The position numbers and the translations under genes were made by a program. A stretch of 64,000 bases of DNA from Blepharisma stoltei ATCC 30299 (Eukaryota > Protista > Ciliophora), in contig CBFDEM010000002.1 in assembly GCA_965603825.1 (NCBI GenBank), positions 620,001 through 684,000 on the forward strand, written 5' to 3'. The notes under the pieces are model-generated. The model was not told the DNA's origin. It saw only the letters and a program-made list of their open reading frames with translations, and made no database searches. This document shows positions 1 through 12,976 of the stretch, piece after piece (the stretch's first letter is position 1; every line of letters begins with the position of its first letter).

Positions 1-422
1 TTGGAGATTGTGCAACGCAGATGTCCCAGATTCATCTACCATATTAACAAAATAAATATATTTATTTAGATGCCATTTGAGTTTGATAGTTTTAAAGCTG
101 AGAATGATAAAATAAGTAATATTTCTTCAATAATTAGTATTTACCTATTTTAAGATTGCTTTCAATTCTTTATTCATAATAATTTCAATATTATTTATTT
201 ATTCTCAACCAAATCATATAAAAGAAATGCTGCTATAAAACTTCAGGCTATTTAATTATCTGAAATTAATTTAAATTTATCTACTGTTAAATAAGCAGCA
301 ATAATTGCGTATAAAACGCTATTTTGTAGAGTCTGCGATTTCTAAAGTTTATTTATATATTTATAGCGAGCTTCCTAAATTAGAAGAACCAATTACAACA
401 AACTATTAGCTAGACTAAATTT

Positions 423-695
423 TTATTTGGAGCTTAGTTCCGACTTCAAACGACTTATTTCTCCACCAGCCTTTTCTAAGCACTCTTGAAGTTGAGTTAT
501 TTTGGTTTGAGAATGAGTCATATAATTTTGAAGTAATTGCTTTTCCATGCTTAACTCTTCTATCTTCGCTTTTAAATGTGCTGTTTGCTGTTCAGAATCT
601 TCAATCTTTGCAAGCAGTTCGACATTTTTTTGGCGTTCAATTTTAAGCTGCTCTTGAAGAGAATTTACAAGAGAATTTTCAGAGCTGTCTTCCAT
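423..695 (-). CDS. Small coiled-coil protein
   Basis: ATG (MEDSSENS) to TAA; E/K/Q/L heptad-rich sequence; flanked by AT-rich intergenic DNA. Confidence 0.6.
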   Translation of the reverse strand: MEDSSENSLVNSLQEQLKIERQKNVELLAKIEDSEQQTAHLKAKIEELSMEKQLLQNYMTHSQTKITQLQECLEKAGGEISRLKSELSSK

Positions 696-929
696 ATTAT
701 TCAACAAATGTCAAATGGCAAGTAAATATAGTAAATTATGAAATTTGAAACTGTATAAAAAAATTAAAATTATTTGCTGAGCTTATTTAATATAATAATT
801 ATTTCAAATTAAGAAATTTAAAACTTATAGCAATCTAAATATCTGAAAAATGCAAATTCAAACTCGCAAATAATTTCCTGTCCATTTTTATGATATGCAA
901 ATTTACTATTTTTAACTCCAATAAAGATA

Positions 930-1889
930 ATGGTAGTGGAATCTCTGATAGGCAGTGTCTGCTGCAGTTTCACCGTGCTTATAGCCACTACCCAAATTCT
1001 CATGCATCTTTGAAACTATAACGAGCCACGGCTCCAGCTTTATATCTCGAGAATAGTTTTAATGGTTCCTGTAGGAGTTATTTAGGCATACTCAATCCAA
1101 AGCTTCCTCTCCATCATATATCCTGACCGTTCTTTATTTTTTAACACTATTAGAGACTGTTACGAAGCTTATGTTCTCTATTTATTTACCAAACTTATCA
1201 TCGAGTATATTGGCGGAGAAGAGCGAGTGGTCACTCATTTCTTACACAAAAAGCAAATCCCTCACTTATGGCCTTTCCAAAACAAGATCCTTATATTGAA
1301 TGAAAAAAGCTATCACAGGATTAAACAAGGCGTTTTCCAATTCATCGTGATCAAGCCTCTTACATCTTGTCTTGCTTTACTATTAGCTGGCTGGAATGTA
1401 TATAAAGAAGCTGATTTTTCGTTTGATAATGGGTATCTTTATTGCTCAATTGTCAACAATATTTCAGTGACAGTATCGCTATACAGCTTAATGCTGCTTT
1501 ATTTGGCTTGTTTTGAACAATTGGAGCCTTTTGGGTGTGTAGGGAAATTTTTGTGCATTAAAGCTGTCATCTTTTTCTCATTCTGGCAATCTTGTGCGTT
1601 TGCAATTATTGTTAGACTGGGATGGTTCGGGGAATTTGAAGAGGCCACTCTATTTGTGTCTTCGCTGCAGGATTTAATTTTGTGCATTGAAATGGCGCTT
1701 GCGTCTGTAGCTTATTGGAAATGCTTCAGCTGAAGAGATTTTGTTATGAAAAACAAGAGAGAGTATAGCTTTTTGAAAAGCGTCCGAGATGTACTGAATG
1801 TAAAAGACGTCATTTATGATGCTAAAAAGACTTTTACACATACTGGTGTGCAGTTGGGTTATAAAGAAAATTCTTGGGAAAACATCTAA
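930..1889 (+). CDS. TMEM184/OST-alpha family membrane protein
   Basis: ATG930; TGA=Trp at 1011 and 1731; intron 1071-1085 joins RIVLMVP|AYSIQSF; family motifs IRDCYEAY, KFLCIKAVIFFSFWQ, LQDLILCIEM; stop TAA 1887. Confidence 0.9.
1071..1085 (+). other. 15-nt spliceosomal intron gtaggagttatttag
   Basis: GT..AG, carries an in-frame TAG; removal restores the TMEM184 reading frame. Confidence 0.9.
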
Positions 1890-1941
1890 TTATATTAGGG
1901 AGAATTATGAACAGAAATTTAACTTAAATAATAATATCATG

Positions 1942-2784
1942 CTAAGGGAGGTAAGGGTCTTGTGTGTCCCAAGTTTCAGTTTCAAGGTTGTAGATTAATA
2001 AATTCATTTCGTCATTGAATGCAAAAACTTTATTATTGTATAATAGAGGAGGATCTATAATTCCCATAGAAATACGTAAAGGCATTTCTTTTCTTTTGTC
2101 ACTGCCTAGCCAGTAGCTGAATCGATTACTGTTTTGATCTCTTAGACCTCCAAAAATTAAAACTCTTCTGTCTGGAAATAATAAGCAGTAGTGAAGATAA
2201 GAAGGCCGAAGCAAAGGGAATTCGTTGATACGCCATGTGTTGGTTAATATATCATAAATTCTAATACAATCAAGCACTCTTGTGGACTCACTGTCTTTGC
2301 TTAGCCCTCCGGTAGCTCATATAAAATTGTCAATTCTGAAGCATCCAGGGAAAACACAAGGGTAAGGCATACTTGCTACATCAATTCAGGTGCGGAAATT
2401 TAATGAAAATTTATAGCAGTTGCCTAGTAATTTTAATTCCCCTTCTTTAGTCTCCACACATCCTCCAATAGTATATGCCTCGTCATTGTATTCAATTACC
2501 CTTAATCCTTTCATCTTACAGGGTAAAGGAGGAAGCTCAGTCACATCTAAAGTCTGAGAATCAATCAAAATTACTTGGTCAATCAAATGGCCAGTTGGTT
2601 GATAAATTCCTCCCACTATTAAAATATACCGCCTACTTAAGATGCCGATTCCATAGTCATCAGGAAAAGAAGTAGACATTATCAGAGAATTCTCTGTCAC
2701 CTGCTTGGAGGATAGTGAATAAGTGCAAAAATCATGACTTCCGCCAATTGGTTTAATCAAAGAAAGTTCATTTTGAATTTCCAT
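1942..2784 (-). CDS. Kelch-repeat beta-propeller protein
   Basis: ORFs 2386-2784 and 1942-2277 are in one frame joined by TGA=Trp at 2386 and 2317 (FRT-W-IDVASM; FI-W-ATGG); repeated GG..Y..W Kelch pattern. Confidence 0.85.
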
Positions 2785-3378
2785 TGGGTTTATGTTGATT
2801 ATTAAGATATAAGAAAATATGTAATTATAAAGACTAGATAATTAATAAGCTAATTTTATACTTATTTCCCTTTTAAAGCAAGATTTTTAGGGTTATCATT
2901 TAAATAAAATTTTATTTACTTTAAATAGCTCTGAAACTGTAGCTTTTAGTCGAATCTGCACTTTTTCCACACTTTAAGCTTCAATTTAATATGATGCATA
3001 GATCTGCAATCCTTAAATTGATTTGTGGGTCTTAAGCCTCGAATGTTGTGTAGAAGCCTTGCCTATGTGTCGCATAATGCAAATGCGCGCTGAATAAACT
3101 TGATAGGTATGCTTTGTATAAAATTGGAATCATAGCTGTTTCAGCATGTTTGTAGCGAGGCTTTTTATGGCATATATAACTCTTATATAACGGCTGCATG
3201 CGCCCTGCAGGCATATTGACGATCATACATAAATCATCAGCATCATTACTTTCATCATTATCTTCACTTTAAGTCTATTTTAATTTGCTAACGAGCTTTA
3301 TGTGAGTTATTAAAAATATGGACTATAGGCTGGAATAGGTGGGGATAAGTAGCTGAGTTATGTTTTATCATTGATCAA

Positions 3379-4741
3379 CAAGCTTTTCCACTATTAGTGT
3401 TACTGCAAATGATAAAGATATTAATGCCCAGACTACATATTCAATAAGTGTGCAATTAGCAGCATTAATGAAGATGTATCTTCTGATTTTACACTTGCAA
3501 TGGTTTTACCAAATAAATTAACTGTAATTGATTCAGTTGGCAATAATCCAAGTACATGCATTCTGCAAGATCCTGTATACTTAATAGCCGATTATCCCCT
3601 AACAACTGCATATGATTCAGCAAATCCTCAGCCAGACCAATGTGGAGTTTCAGACACTAATACTTATACCCCAATTATGCCTAATGTAAGATTCAAAGAC
3701 CTTAATTTTCAAATTGGAAAAAATCAAAATCCTAATGCTTCTTATAGCTCTGCTAATGTGGGTTCCATTTAATTTTATGGATACAAATTAGGAAGTACAA
3801 GCCCAGATTATCAAGGCAGTCAACCATTGGGTGATGATTATTTTACTGTAGGCACTTTGACTAGCATATCATTAACTCAAGGAAGCGTGGCTATTGGGGA
3901 TTGAAATACTTACACTTTTTCATTTTACTTAGAAAATAACATTCCTTCAGGTGCAATTGTGGATTTTACTTTTAATAGTATTTTTTCTTTGAGCACTGCT
4001 TCAAATGCAGCCATTACAGGTCAGATAAATGGTGGATCGAGCATAGACATAACTGGACAAGCTTTAACAGTTTATAATCTTTTTAGCTCAAATCTTGCAG
4101 TCACATCTGGATCAACATATCTTACTATCAGCATTAAACAAGTAAGAAATATTCACCAGATATTAGTGTTGCCTCAGCTGTATCAAGCACAGAATATATC
4201 GATAAAATGGCAATTAATGCATCAGCAAGTACTTCATGCGATATAGGAGTTAGCTCATTCACTTCATCAGCTAAATATGTCCTTACATCAACAACTCTTA
4301 CAATTGCATTTACGCATGGAAATTATGCAGCCAGCTCTTCAAGTTCTGCAAATGCATATTCAATAAGATTAGTAATTCCTACTACCTTTACTCTTTCATC
4401 AACATTCAGTTGCACAAAATACATAAGCATAAATCCTAGCTATAGCACTATAAGTTGCACAAATACCGTTCGAGGTATTGTTACAATAAATTTAATAAGT
4501 CAAAACTCGAACATTGTTGCGAAAAATCTGCTCGATGTCATACTTCCTCCTAATTCTAAAACAGCAGACTATATACAGAGCTCTACTTACACGCGCAAAT
4601 GCAGGTGGATCAAAAATGTGCGAAAATACTCAATTCGCTACATACAGTGCAACTCCTAATGCAATTACTGAAGCTCAAAAACTAGAAGCAGCTCCTATGT
4701 TGGTGATCTTGGCTTTCATGCACTTACATTTAAAACTACAA
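3379..4741 (+). pseudogene. Decayed partial copy of the 5' part of the surface-protein gene at 7079
   Basis: Long nucleotide similarity to about 7131-8520; no start or signal peptide, TAA at 3770, several frameshifting indels. Confidence 0.85.
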
Positions 4742-4799
4742 CTCTTAGCATATCATTGGTGGTTGCAGCCTGCTACATTTTTTCTTATTATTTAGATGC

Positions 4800-5245
4800 A
4801 CACTGGATCGAGCATAAATTAATACTAGGCATAACTGAAGATTAAAGCAACTACTCTTACAATAGATTCACACAAGGAAATTATTCAACCGCCTTTAATC
4901 TTTTACATCCTTTAGTTGCACAAGAATCTGGGCTATATACAAGCCACAGCACACTTAGCTGAATCATCAAGGTGCTGGAATAGTGACAACAAATTTAATT
5001 AGTCAATACTCTAGCATTGCTACGATAAATATATTTATGTCATACTTACTCCCAATTTTAAAACAACAGATTATATACAGATCTCAACTTACATAGACTC
5101 AGGCGCTACTGAACCAAAAATATGTGAAAATACTTAATTTGCAACATCAGTACAACTCCAAATACAATATTGCAAGCTTAAAACTAGAAGAGCTCTATGT
5201 TGACGATTTTGGTCCATATGCGCATGCATTTAAATCTGCAGCTCT
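4800..5245 (+). pseudogene. Second, more degraded fragment of the same gene
   Basis: Matches such as ggatcgagcataaatt, acaacagattatatacagatctcaacttaca and aaaactagaag to about 7785-8520, with large deletions and stops. Confidence 0.7.
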
Positions 5246-7078
5246 ACTTAGCAAATTATAGCATCGCTAGGGCTACTCCTGCCAGGCGAGGGCCTAACTC
5301 ACTACTTAGTATTTGGAAGAGTTGTGCCACCATGCCGCGCTTCATCAAAGGTGGATCATCATAGAAAATTCAAAATGGTTGTTCAGAGAATTGTGCAAAC
5401 TGCGGCATCTATAATATTTATTAAAAATGTAGTTGTGGTGTATGGGCATTATGCAATAATCTATGTTCTCTAGATATAGACCTCATACCTATAACGCTTT
5501 AAAAATACTGGAATAGCATGCAATTTTCTTAGCACTCCTTCTTGTAGTAAATAAAATTCGTTTTTACGTTATAAATTTAGCTCCTCAATACCATTTTTGT
5601 TTTAACTTCAAGATAAAAATCATCAAGTGAGATAATCCTGTACATTGGGACAATATGATGCAGGTCGAGTGTGCAGGTGTTATGTAGATTCGTGAAAGCA
5701 AGCTGAGGAGATATTTTTTGTATATTAATTAAATCTGGTTAATTCTATCTTAAAAAGCTCGAAAGTAAATGAGATAGCATGAAATCAACATTCTAAGGAA
5801 CAGCATTGACTGCACTTGGCACCTCATGCTGAAGCAGCACATGAAAACCATTTAATGTAGGTCAATTTTTACCAAAATCAAAGATTAATTTTGTTCCAAT
5901 TAAAAGGGGCAGTTAAGAAAATTTTAAATACAATGGCTTCTAGCCGATATATGCTGGTTTAAGCACTATTTCAGGAATAAACATATATTGAAACAATTTT
6001 ATCAACATACAATCTCTTTCCTTCTAGCTAAAGTGATACCTGGACCAGCTTTATTCACAATTTGTATTTATCAAGCAAGAAAGAAATATTAGTCACACAA
6101 TTATAAATGCTGCAGCTGCATCAAGCACTGAACTTATTGATTTAATAAAATTTTCTGACCCTGAAACATTTCATGCAACATAGAAAATAGCCTATTTTAG
6201 TTAATCAGTTAAATATTTCTTACATCAACTGCAACCACAACTGTGCATATACAATGAATTTGCAAATCTTTTCAGGCTCTGCAAATCCATATTCAATAAG
6301 TTCAAGATGAAAGCTGTTTTATGAAAATTAATATTGATTTTTTAATAAAAATTTAAGAGTTTCAAAATTAATTTCTTATTAAATTTTTCCAATATATAAG
6401 AAGCTCTTTCAGCTAAACTTGCAATCGTTCTGATGCATGATGAATTAAGCTCTGTAGCCCTTTATTCATAACCTATTAATAACATAAAATTCAAATGATA
6501 ATAAGCAGCATAAACCTCAGGCATAATCTGTTTTATCATTTTCAATTCCAAAATTCTAATGAAAGTGGAGAAATTGCTAAATGTTAAGATTATTAAAAGC
6601 TTTTATTTTACCTAAAAAGTCCTTACAAACATAAAACATTTTGGTCATAATTATTTATGCCATTATTTTTCGATTCTAAATAAATTCTGAGTCAAGTTAA
6701 AGGCATAGCAAAATCAACACTTGGTCTAGTATAGCAAAAGATGTTATAAACTTATAAATAGATTGATTTAAATTATTTAGGCTAAAATGTACGTAAAATG
6801 GAATGTGACTTTCAACACATCTTTTCTTGTGGTAGTTATCCATGCATATGCGAGCATAGCTTTTGGAGTCTGAAATTAGCCTAGCAATATTTGGTGTCCT
6901 ACAACGAAGGACTTAATCACAAACCTGCTGGATTGTGGCCTGGTCAAATTATCGAAATCTTTATTGTATATTTTAAATGCAATTCTTTCACTGTCAAATA
7001 AATTCCTGCTATAAATAAAATCATGATAAAATAAAGTATGCAAAAAATTTATTTCATCATTCGAGATAATCAATTAAT

Positions 7079-10000
7079 ATGAAAAATTTAATTGCTCTCC
7101 TTCTGCTGATCCACTATTCTGCGGGATATACAAGCTTTTCCTCTCTAAGTATTACTGCAGATAATAAAGATATTAATGCCCAGACTACATATTCAATAAG
7201 TGTGCAGTTAGGATCATTTGGAGAAGATGTGCCTTCTGATTTTACACTTGTAATGGTTTTACCAAATAAATTAAGTGTAATTGATTCAGTTGGAACTAAT
7301 CCAAGTACCTGCATTCTACAAGATTCAAACGGAGCATCTGACTATTCACTAACATCTGCATATGATTCAGCAAATCCTCAGTCAGGCCAATGTGGAGTTT
7401 CAGGCACTAATACTTATACCCTAATTACGCCTAATGTAAGATCCAGAGGCCTTAATTTTCAAATTGGAAAAATCCAAAATCCTAATGCTTCTTATAGCTC
7501 AACTAATATAGGCTCCATTCAGTTTTATGGATACAAATCCGGGAGTACAAACCCAGATTATCAAGGCAGTCAACCATTGAGTGATTATTATTTTACTGTA
7601 GGCACCTTGACTAGCATATCATTAACTCAAGGAAGCGTGGCTATTGGGGCGTGAAATACTTACACTTTTTCATTTTACTTAGAAAATAACATTCCTTCAG
7701 GTGCAATTGTGATTTTTACTTTTAATAGTAATTTTTCTTTGAGCACTGCTTCAAATACAGCTGTTACAGGTCAGATAAATGGTGGATCGAGCATAAATTT
7801 AAATTGTGACATAACTGGACAAGTTTTAACAGTTTATAATCTTTTTAGCTCAAATCTTGTAGTTACATCTGGATCAACCTATCTTACTATCAGCATTGTA
7901 CAAGTAAGAAATCTCAGATATATCGGCTCAGCAGATATCAGTGTTGCAACAGCTGTATCAAGCACAGAATATATCGATAAAATGACAATTAATGCATCAT
8001 CAAGTACTTCATGCGAAATAGAAGTTAGCTCATTCACTTCATCAGCTAAATATGTCCTTACATCAACAACTCTTACAATTGCATTTAAGCAAGGAAATTA
8101 TGCAGCCAGTGCTTCAAGTGCTGCAAATGCATATTCAATAAGATTAGTAATTCCTACTACCTTTACTCTTTCATCGACATTCAGCTGCACAAAATACATA
8201 GGCATAGATCCTAGCTATAGCACTATAAGCTGCACAAATCAAGGTGGAGGAATTGTTACAACAAATTTAATAAGTCAAAATTCTAACATTGTTGCAATAA
8301 ATTTGCTCAATGTCATACTTCCTCCCAATTCGAAAACAACAGATTATATACAGATCTCAACTTACACAGAAGAAAACACAAGTGGATCAAAAATGTGCGA
8401 AAATACTCAGTTCGCTACATACAGTGCAACTCCTAATGCAATTACTGTAAGTTCAAAAACTAGAAGGAGCTCTTATGTTGGTGATCTTGGCCCTTATACG
8501 CTTACATTTAAAACTACAACTCAAATGCCCCAAAATTCGTATATAAAACTTGTTCTGCCTATGGCACAGGTTGTGGAAAATTCAGGAATTGTATGCTATG
8601 AAATTTTATCAGGAACTATCCAAACCTCAAATGTATGCACAAAATCAAGTACCCCATCTGACTCTACAACGTATGAACTGTACATTCCAGAATGATGCTC
8701 AACTACATCTACTGGCTGCACAGGTTGCTGTAGTGGAGGTACAGAATTATCTGTTAGCATAGACGGAGTAGTTAACCCATACTACGTCAATTCAAATACA
8801 GGAACATCGGTAAAAATTTATACCTTAAATCCAACACAGGATGGAATTATAGATGATGTCACATCAGGATTGGAATTTACACCATCTTTAGTAGCAAAAT
8901 CAATTTCTTCCACAAGTATGACAAGAGATGCCAACATTGTTGGCCAAGATATTAAAATCGATATTTCTCATACATCTACTGTGATTTATATTCAAAACTC
9001 TCAGGTGGTTTACTCTTTTCCAGCGTCATTCATCTATTCAGCTAGTAGTAACGTGAAGTGCACCAATCTTGGGACAAATACGGATACAACTTGCTCTTTT
9101 ACAACTAATTCATCAGATGGCTCTATTTCTACGGTTACAGTAAGTAACTTGTGTACGAGTAACTGCGCTTCTGGCCAAACTTATAAAATCAGGATATATA
9201 ACATTCAAAACGCTATTACTGTTGCGCAATTAACAAATCCTTCTTATACTGTCTCCGCATATTATAGCTCATATTTAATAGAGAGTGGGGCAATTGACTC
9301 GTCTGCTTTAGTTAGCCTTGACACTGGGACGATTACTTCAATAAAAGCATATAGATCAACTAATAGCATCAAATCAAGCATCACCATGTGGATTTCTTTT
9401 ATACATCCTACAATGATGAAAAGCACAGGGGTCATTACTATCTCCTTTCCTTCTTTGATGGTTTATCTTAAGACTTCACTTTCTGTGTTCCGGTACTCTG
9501 ATAATACTCAATTAACAATTAGTACTTCAAATGATGGAGCAAATAGTATTACTGGACTGACGATTACTAATTATTGCGCTTCAACATGCGCTGGGGGTGG
9601 AAATATTACGATTGCAATGACTGGAATTAAGAACCTTGATTATCTTCAAACGATTACTGGCTCTTTAACGATTACTACATCAGATAGTAATTCTAATAGT
9701 GATACTGGTACCGTTTCTGATATAACAACAATATTAGCTCCTTTGGAGACTGGAGCAATAACTGAGATTGATTTGCACCCAACCAATCCTACTATTTCTG
9801 AGACTACAGACTATAGGATCATTTTTACAACTTTTAATGATATCCCAGCTGGAGCGACTATAAAAACCGAATTTCCAAGCGGAGTCTCCCTCTCTTCTAC
9901 AAGTACTACTACCTGCACAAGCTTTATCAATATATATTCTGGTCTTAGCTGTGCTGTTTCAGGTAGTGCACTGACTTTGTCCAACGGATTCCCATCAGGT

Positions 10001-12976
10001 GTAACTGGCCAAATCCAGGTTGGATTTGTAGCATCCAATATCGCTAATGGAGCCTCAACTGCATCAAGCTATGGACCCTTCAAAATTTCAACAGTAGACA
10101 CAACCGGATATTTAATTGATGCTGGCTCAACAACTTTTACTTATTTATCTTATAAAGCCTCGAGTGATTGCTCTACTGACTGTAAAACATGCGCTGGAAC
10201 TTCTGGTACGCAATGCTATTCATGCAAAAATCCTTCTTCTAAGCCAATTTTGCTTGGCTACTCCTGTGTTGCAACTTGCCCAGATGGGTACTACTTGACT
10301 TCTTCCACACCTCTTACATGCCTGAGCTGCTACTATACATGCAAAACCTGTCTTGGGCCTCAATCTAGTGATTGCACATCATGTGAATCAGGCTATTACA
10401 AGTCTGGCGGCTCTTGTGTTACTCCATGTCCATCTGGATCTACTCTTAATTCCAATAATATTTGTGTAAATGATAATGCATGCACTTCTCCCTGCGCTTC
10501 TTGTAGTGGAAGCTCAACTTTTTGTTTAAGTTGTGATCCGAATTCCTCTACACCAGTACTCGATCCAGAAAGAGGGGAATGTGTAACAGAAGAAACTCCA
10601 ACAGAGGATTATTGCCCTACAGGATATTATGAAGACAGTAATAAAATCTGCCAGAAATGCTCAACTAATTGCGCAGAATGCTACTCAAGTTCAACTCATT
10701 GTACAAGCTGTCCATCAATTTACACATATAAATACTTGAATAAGCTTGACAATACTTGTGTTTCTTCCTGTCCAGCTTTAATATCTGTTCAAGACGATAC
10801 AAATCTTGTATGTAATCCATGCGATAGTTCTTGCGCTACTTGCAATGGCGTTAATGCCAATAATTGCTTAAGCTGCTATTCAACTAATAAAAAATATTTG
10901 ACTGCTGATAATCAATGTGTAGCAACTTGCCCTGCGAACTATTATAATTTTCATAATACTACCTCGGGCTCGTATAAGTGTATAGCCAGTTGTCCAACAT
11001 CATCAGGTTATTATATAGATTCAACGAACACTTACTGCAATGAATGCATGACAACTTGCTCAACTTGCTCCAATGGGTCTACATGCACTTCATGCAGCAC
11101 CTCAACTCCTTACTTGAACGATCAGTCTATATGTGAAGCTGACTGCACGTCCTCAGAATACAAATACACCGAAAATGGCAACAAAAAGTGCTACTCAGTC
11201 TGCCCTTCAGGAACTTCTCACTATACAGACAGCTCTAGTAAGAAATGATGCCTTTCCACCTGTCCCAATGGTTATTATGCTTCTACTTCTGGGACAGCAA
11301 CATCTGGTCAAAGCAATTCTTTTTGTACTGCATGTGATACCACCTGTGCAACCTGCAGCGGAGGAGGGAAAAACAGCTGTCTCACCTGTTCCTCTTCCTC
11401 TACTTATCCTTATAAAAATGAAAATAATGAATGTGTTGAAGCCTGCTCATCAAGTGAATATACAAATACGTTAAACGGTAAGATGGAATGTGTAACTTCA
11501 TGCCCAAGTGGCTCATACCAACTGACTGACAAATCAGGCAAAAAATGGTGCTCTAGTTCTTGTGGTGATGGATATTATGTTCAAAAAGTGTCAAGCACTG
11601 TCAATAACTGTAACCCATGCGACACAACATGCCAGACATGCAGTGGAGGATCAACTACTAATTGTTTGACCTGCACTCAGCAGTATCCTTATTTAAATGA
11701 GAAAAACCAATGTGAATCAAGCTGCTCCAGCAATGAATATACTTATGCACTGAATGGTAAAACAAGGTGCTACTATACATGCCCATCAGATACTTATCAA
11801 TGGATTGATACATCAGGTAAAAAATGGTGCACTGATACATGCCCTAACGGCTATTATATTCAAAAAGTATCAGATAGTGTAACAAATTGTAATGCATGCT
11901 ATACAACATGCCAGACTTGTGATGGGGGTAAAGATAGTGATTGTTTGACGTGCTCTCAATCTTATCCATATATTAATGAAGATAATCAATGCGAAAAAAA
12001 TTGCTCATCTATTGAATATACTTATGAATTAAATGATTTATTAAAGTGCTATACCATTTGTCCTGCTGGGACATATAATACAAATAGCAGCTCAGGCATA
12101 GCATCATGCACGACTTCATGTGAAAAGGGATCTTATGTGGATACTGTAAGTACTTCAGACTCTACTAAAAGCGGTGACTATTGTGAGCCTTGCCCTCAAG
12201 ATTGTTTACTGTGCTCAAGTAAGGTTGAATGCGAGGACTGCAAAGATAAGCATTCTTTGCCAAATACAGTGAATACTACTATTAGCATCTGCTATGGATG
12301 GAGTCCACCAGGACCTGCAACCCATCTTGGTGGGTATGTAATTTATGCACTCATATTTGAAACTATTTTAATTGCTATCCTTATTTTTATATCCAAATTT
12401 AAAAATACAGGGTATTTTGATGCAACTGCCACAGTTTTATTTATGTCAAGCATTATTGAGTTCACTGAAAAATTGATGCTATTAATTTTCTTATGGGTCG
12501 AATATGGACCACATGCAGATATTTTTGTAGCAATAACAGGGTCGATGCTAGTTGGATCTCTACTGATTTCAATGATGTACCAGAATCTGCACTTTGACTC
12601 TTTAGTAGAAAGCAGTGAAACTCTAGAAGTATTTTCTAGCAAAAATAAGTGGGCTTTCAGAATAGTCAGATGTTTTTCTTTTATTTTCGGGATTCATTTT
12701 CTGAGAATCTTTTATAGTGGATTTATGGGATTTGCAATAGCAACAAATGCGAAAACACTTGGAAACGTTAATGCATTTAGATTCCCACTGGAAAAATTAT
12801 GTGTTTTGAATTTAGCGCTTGTCTGTATTCCTATGCTGCTGGAGCAAGCTGCTATTATGGCATTATTTGATGTTGAAACAAATCCATGGCAGATATCTTT
12901 ATTTGGTGTAGTGCTAAATATATGCATTGAAGGACTGTTTTTGTGGGATTACTTTAGAGGCCCATGGAGATTTTAA
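7079..12976 (+). CDS. 1965-aa surface protein: signal peptide, Ser/Thr-rich beta repeats, furin-like CxxC repeats, about 6 C-terminal hydrophobic segments
   Basis: Four supplied ORFs share one frame, separated only by TGA at 7652, 8693 and 11246; gaps checked stop-free; TGA11246 aligns with TGG in internal repeats KKWC. Confidence 0.9.

Noticed and set aside
3032-3226. 64-aa minus ORF and an 8-bp inverted repeat (aagcctcg/cgaggctt)
   Set aside because: No protein motif, no extended pairing, and no recognisable RNA boxes or target-site duplication.
3597-3604. CCCTAACA, a heterotrich telomere-repeat unit
   Set aside because: Single copy arising from substitutions in pseudogene sequence (cactaaca in the intact gene); no tandem array.
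7652-11248. In-frame TGA as selenocysteine/cysteine, or as pseudogene stops in the Cys-rich protein
   Set aside because: TGA aligns with TGG-Trp in internal repeats and paralogs and occurs in many unrelated genes; no need for Sec, Cys or pseudogenisation.
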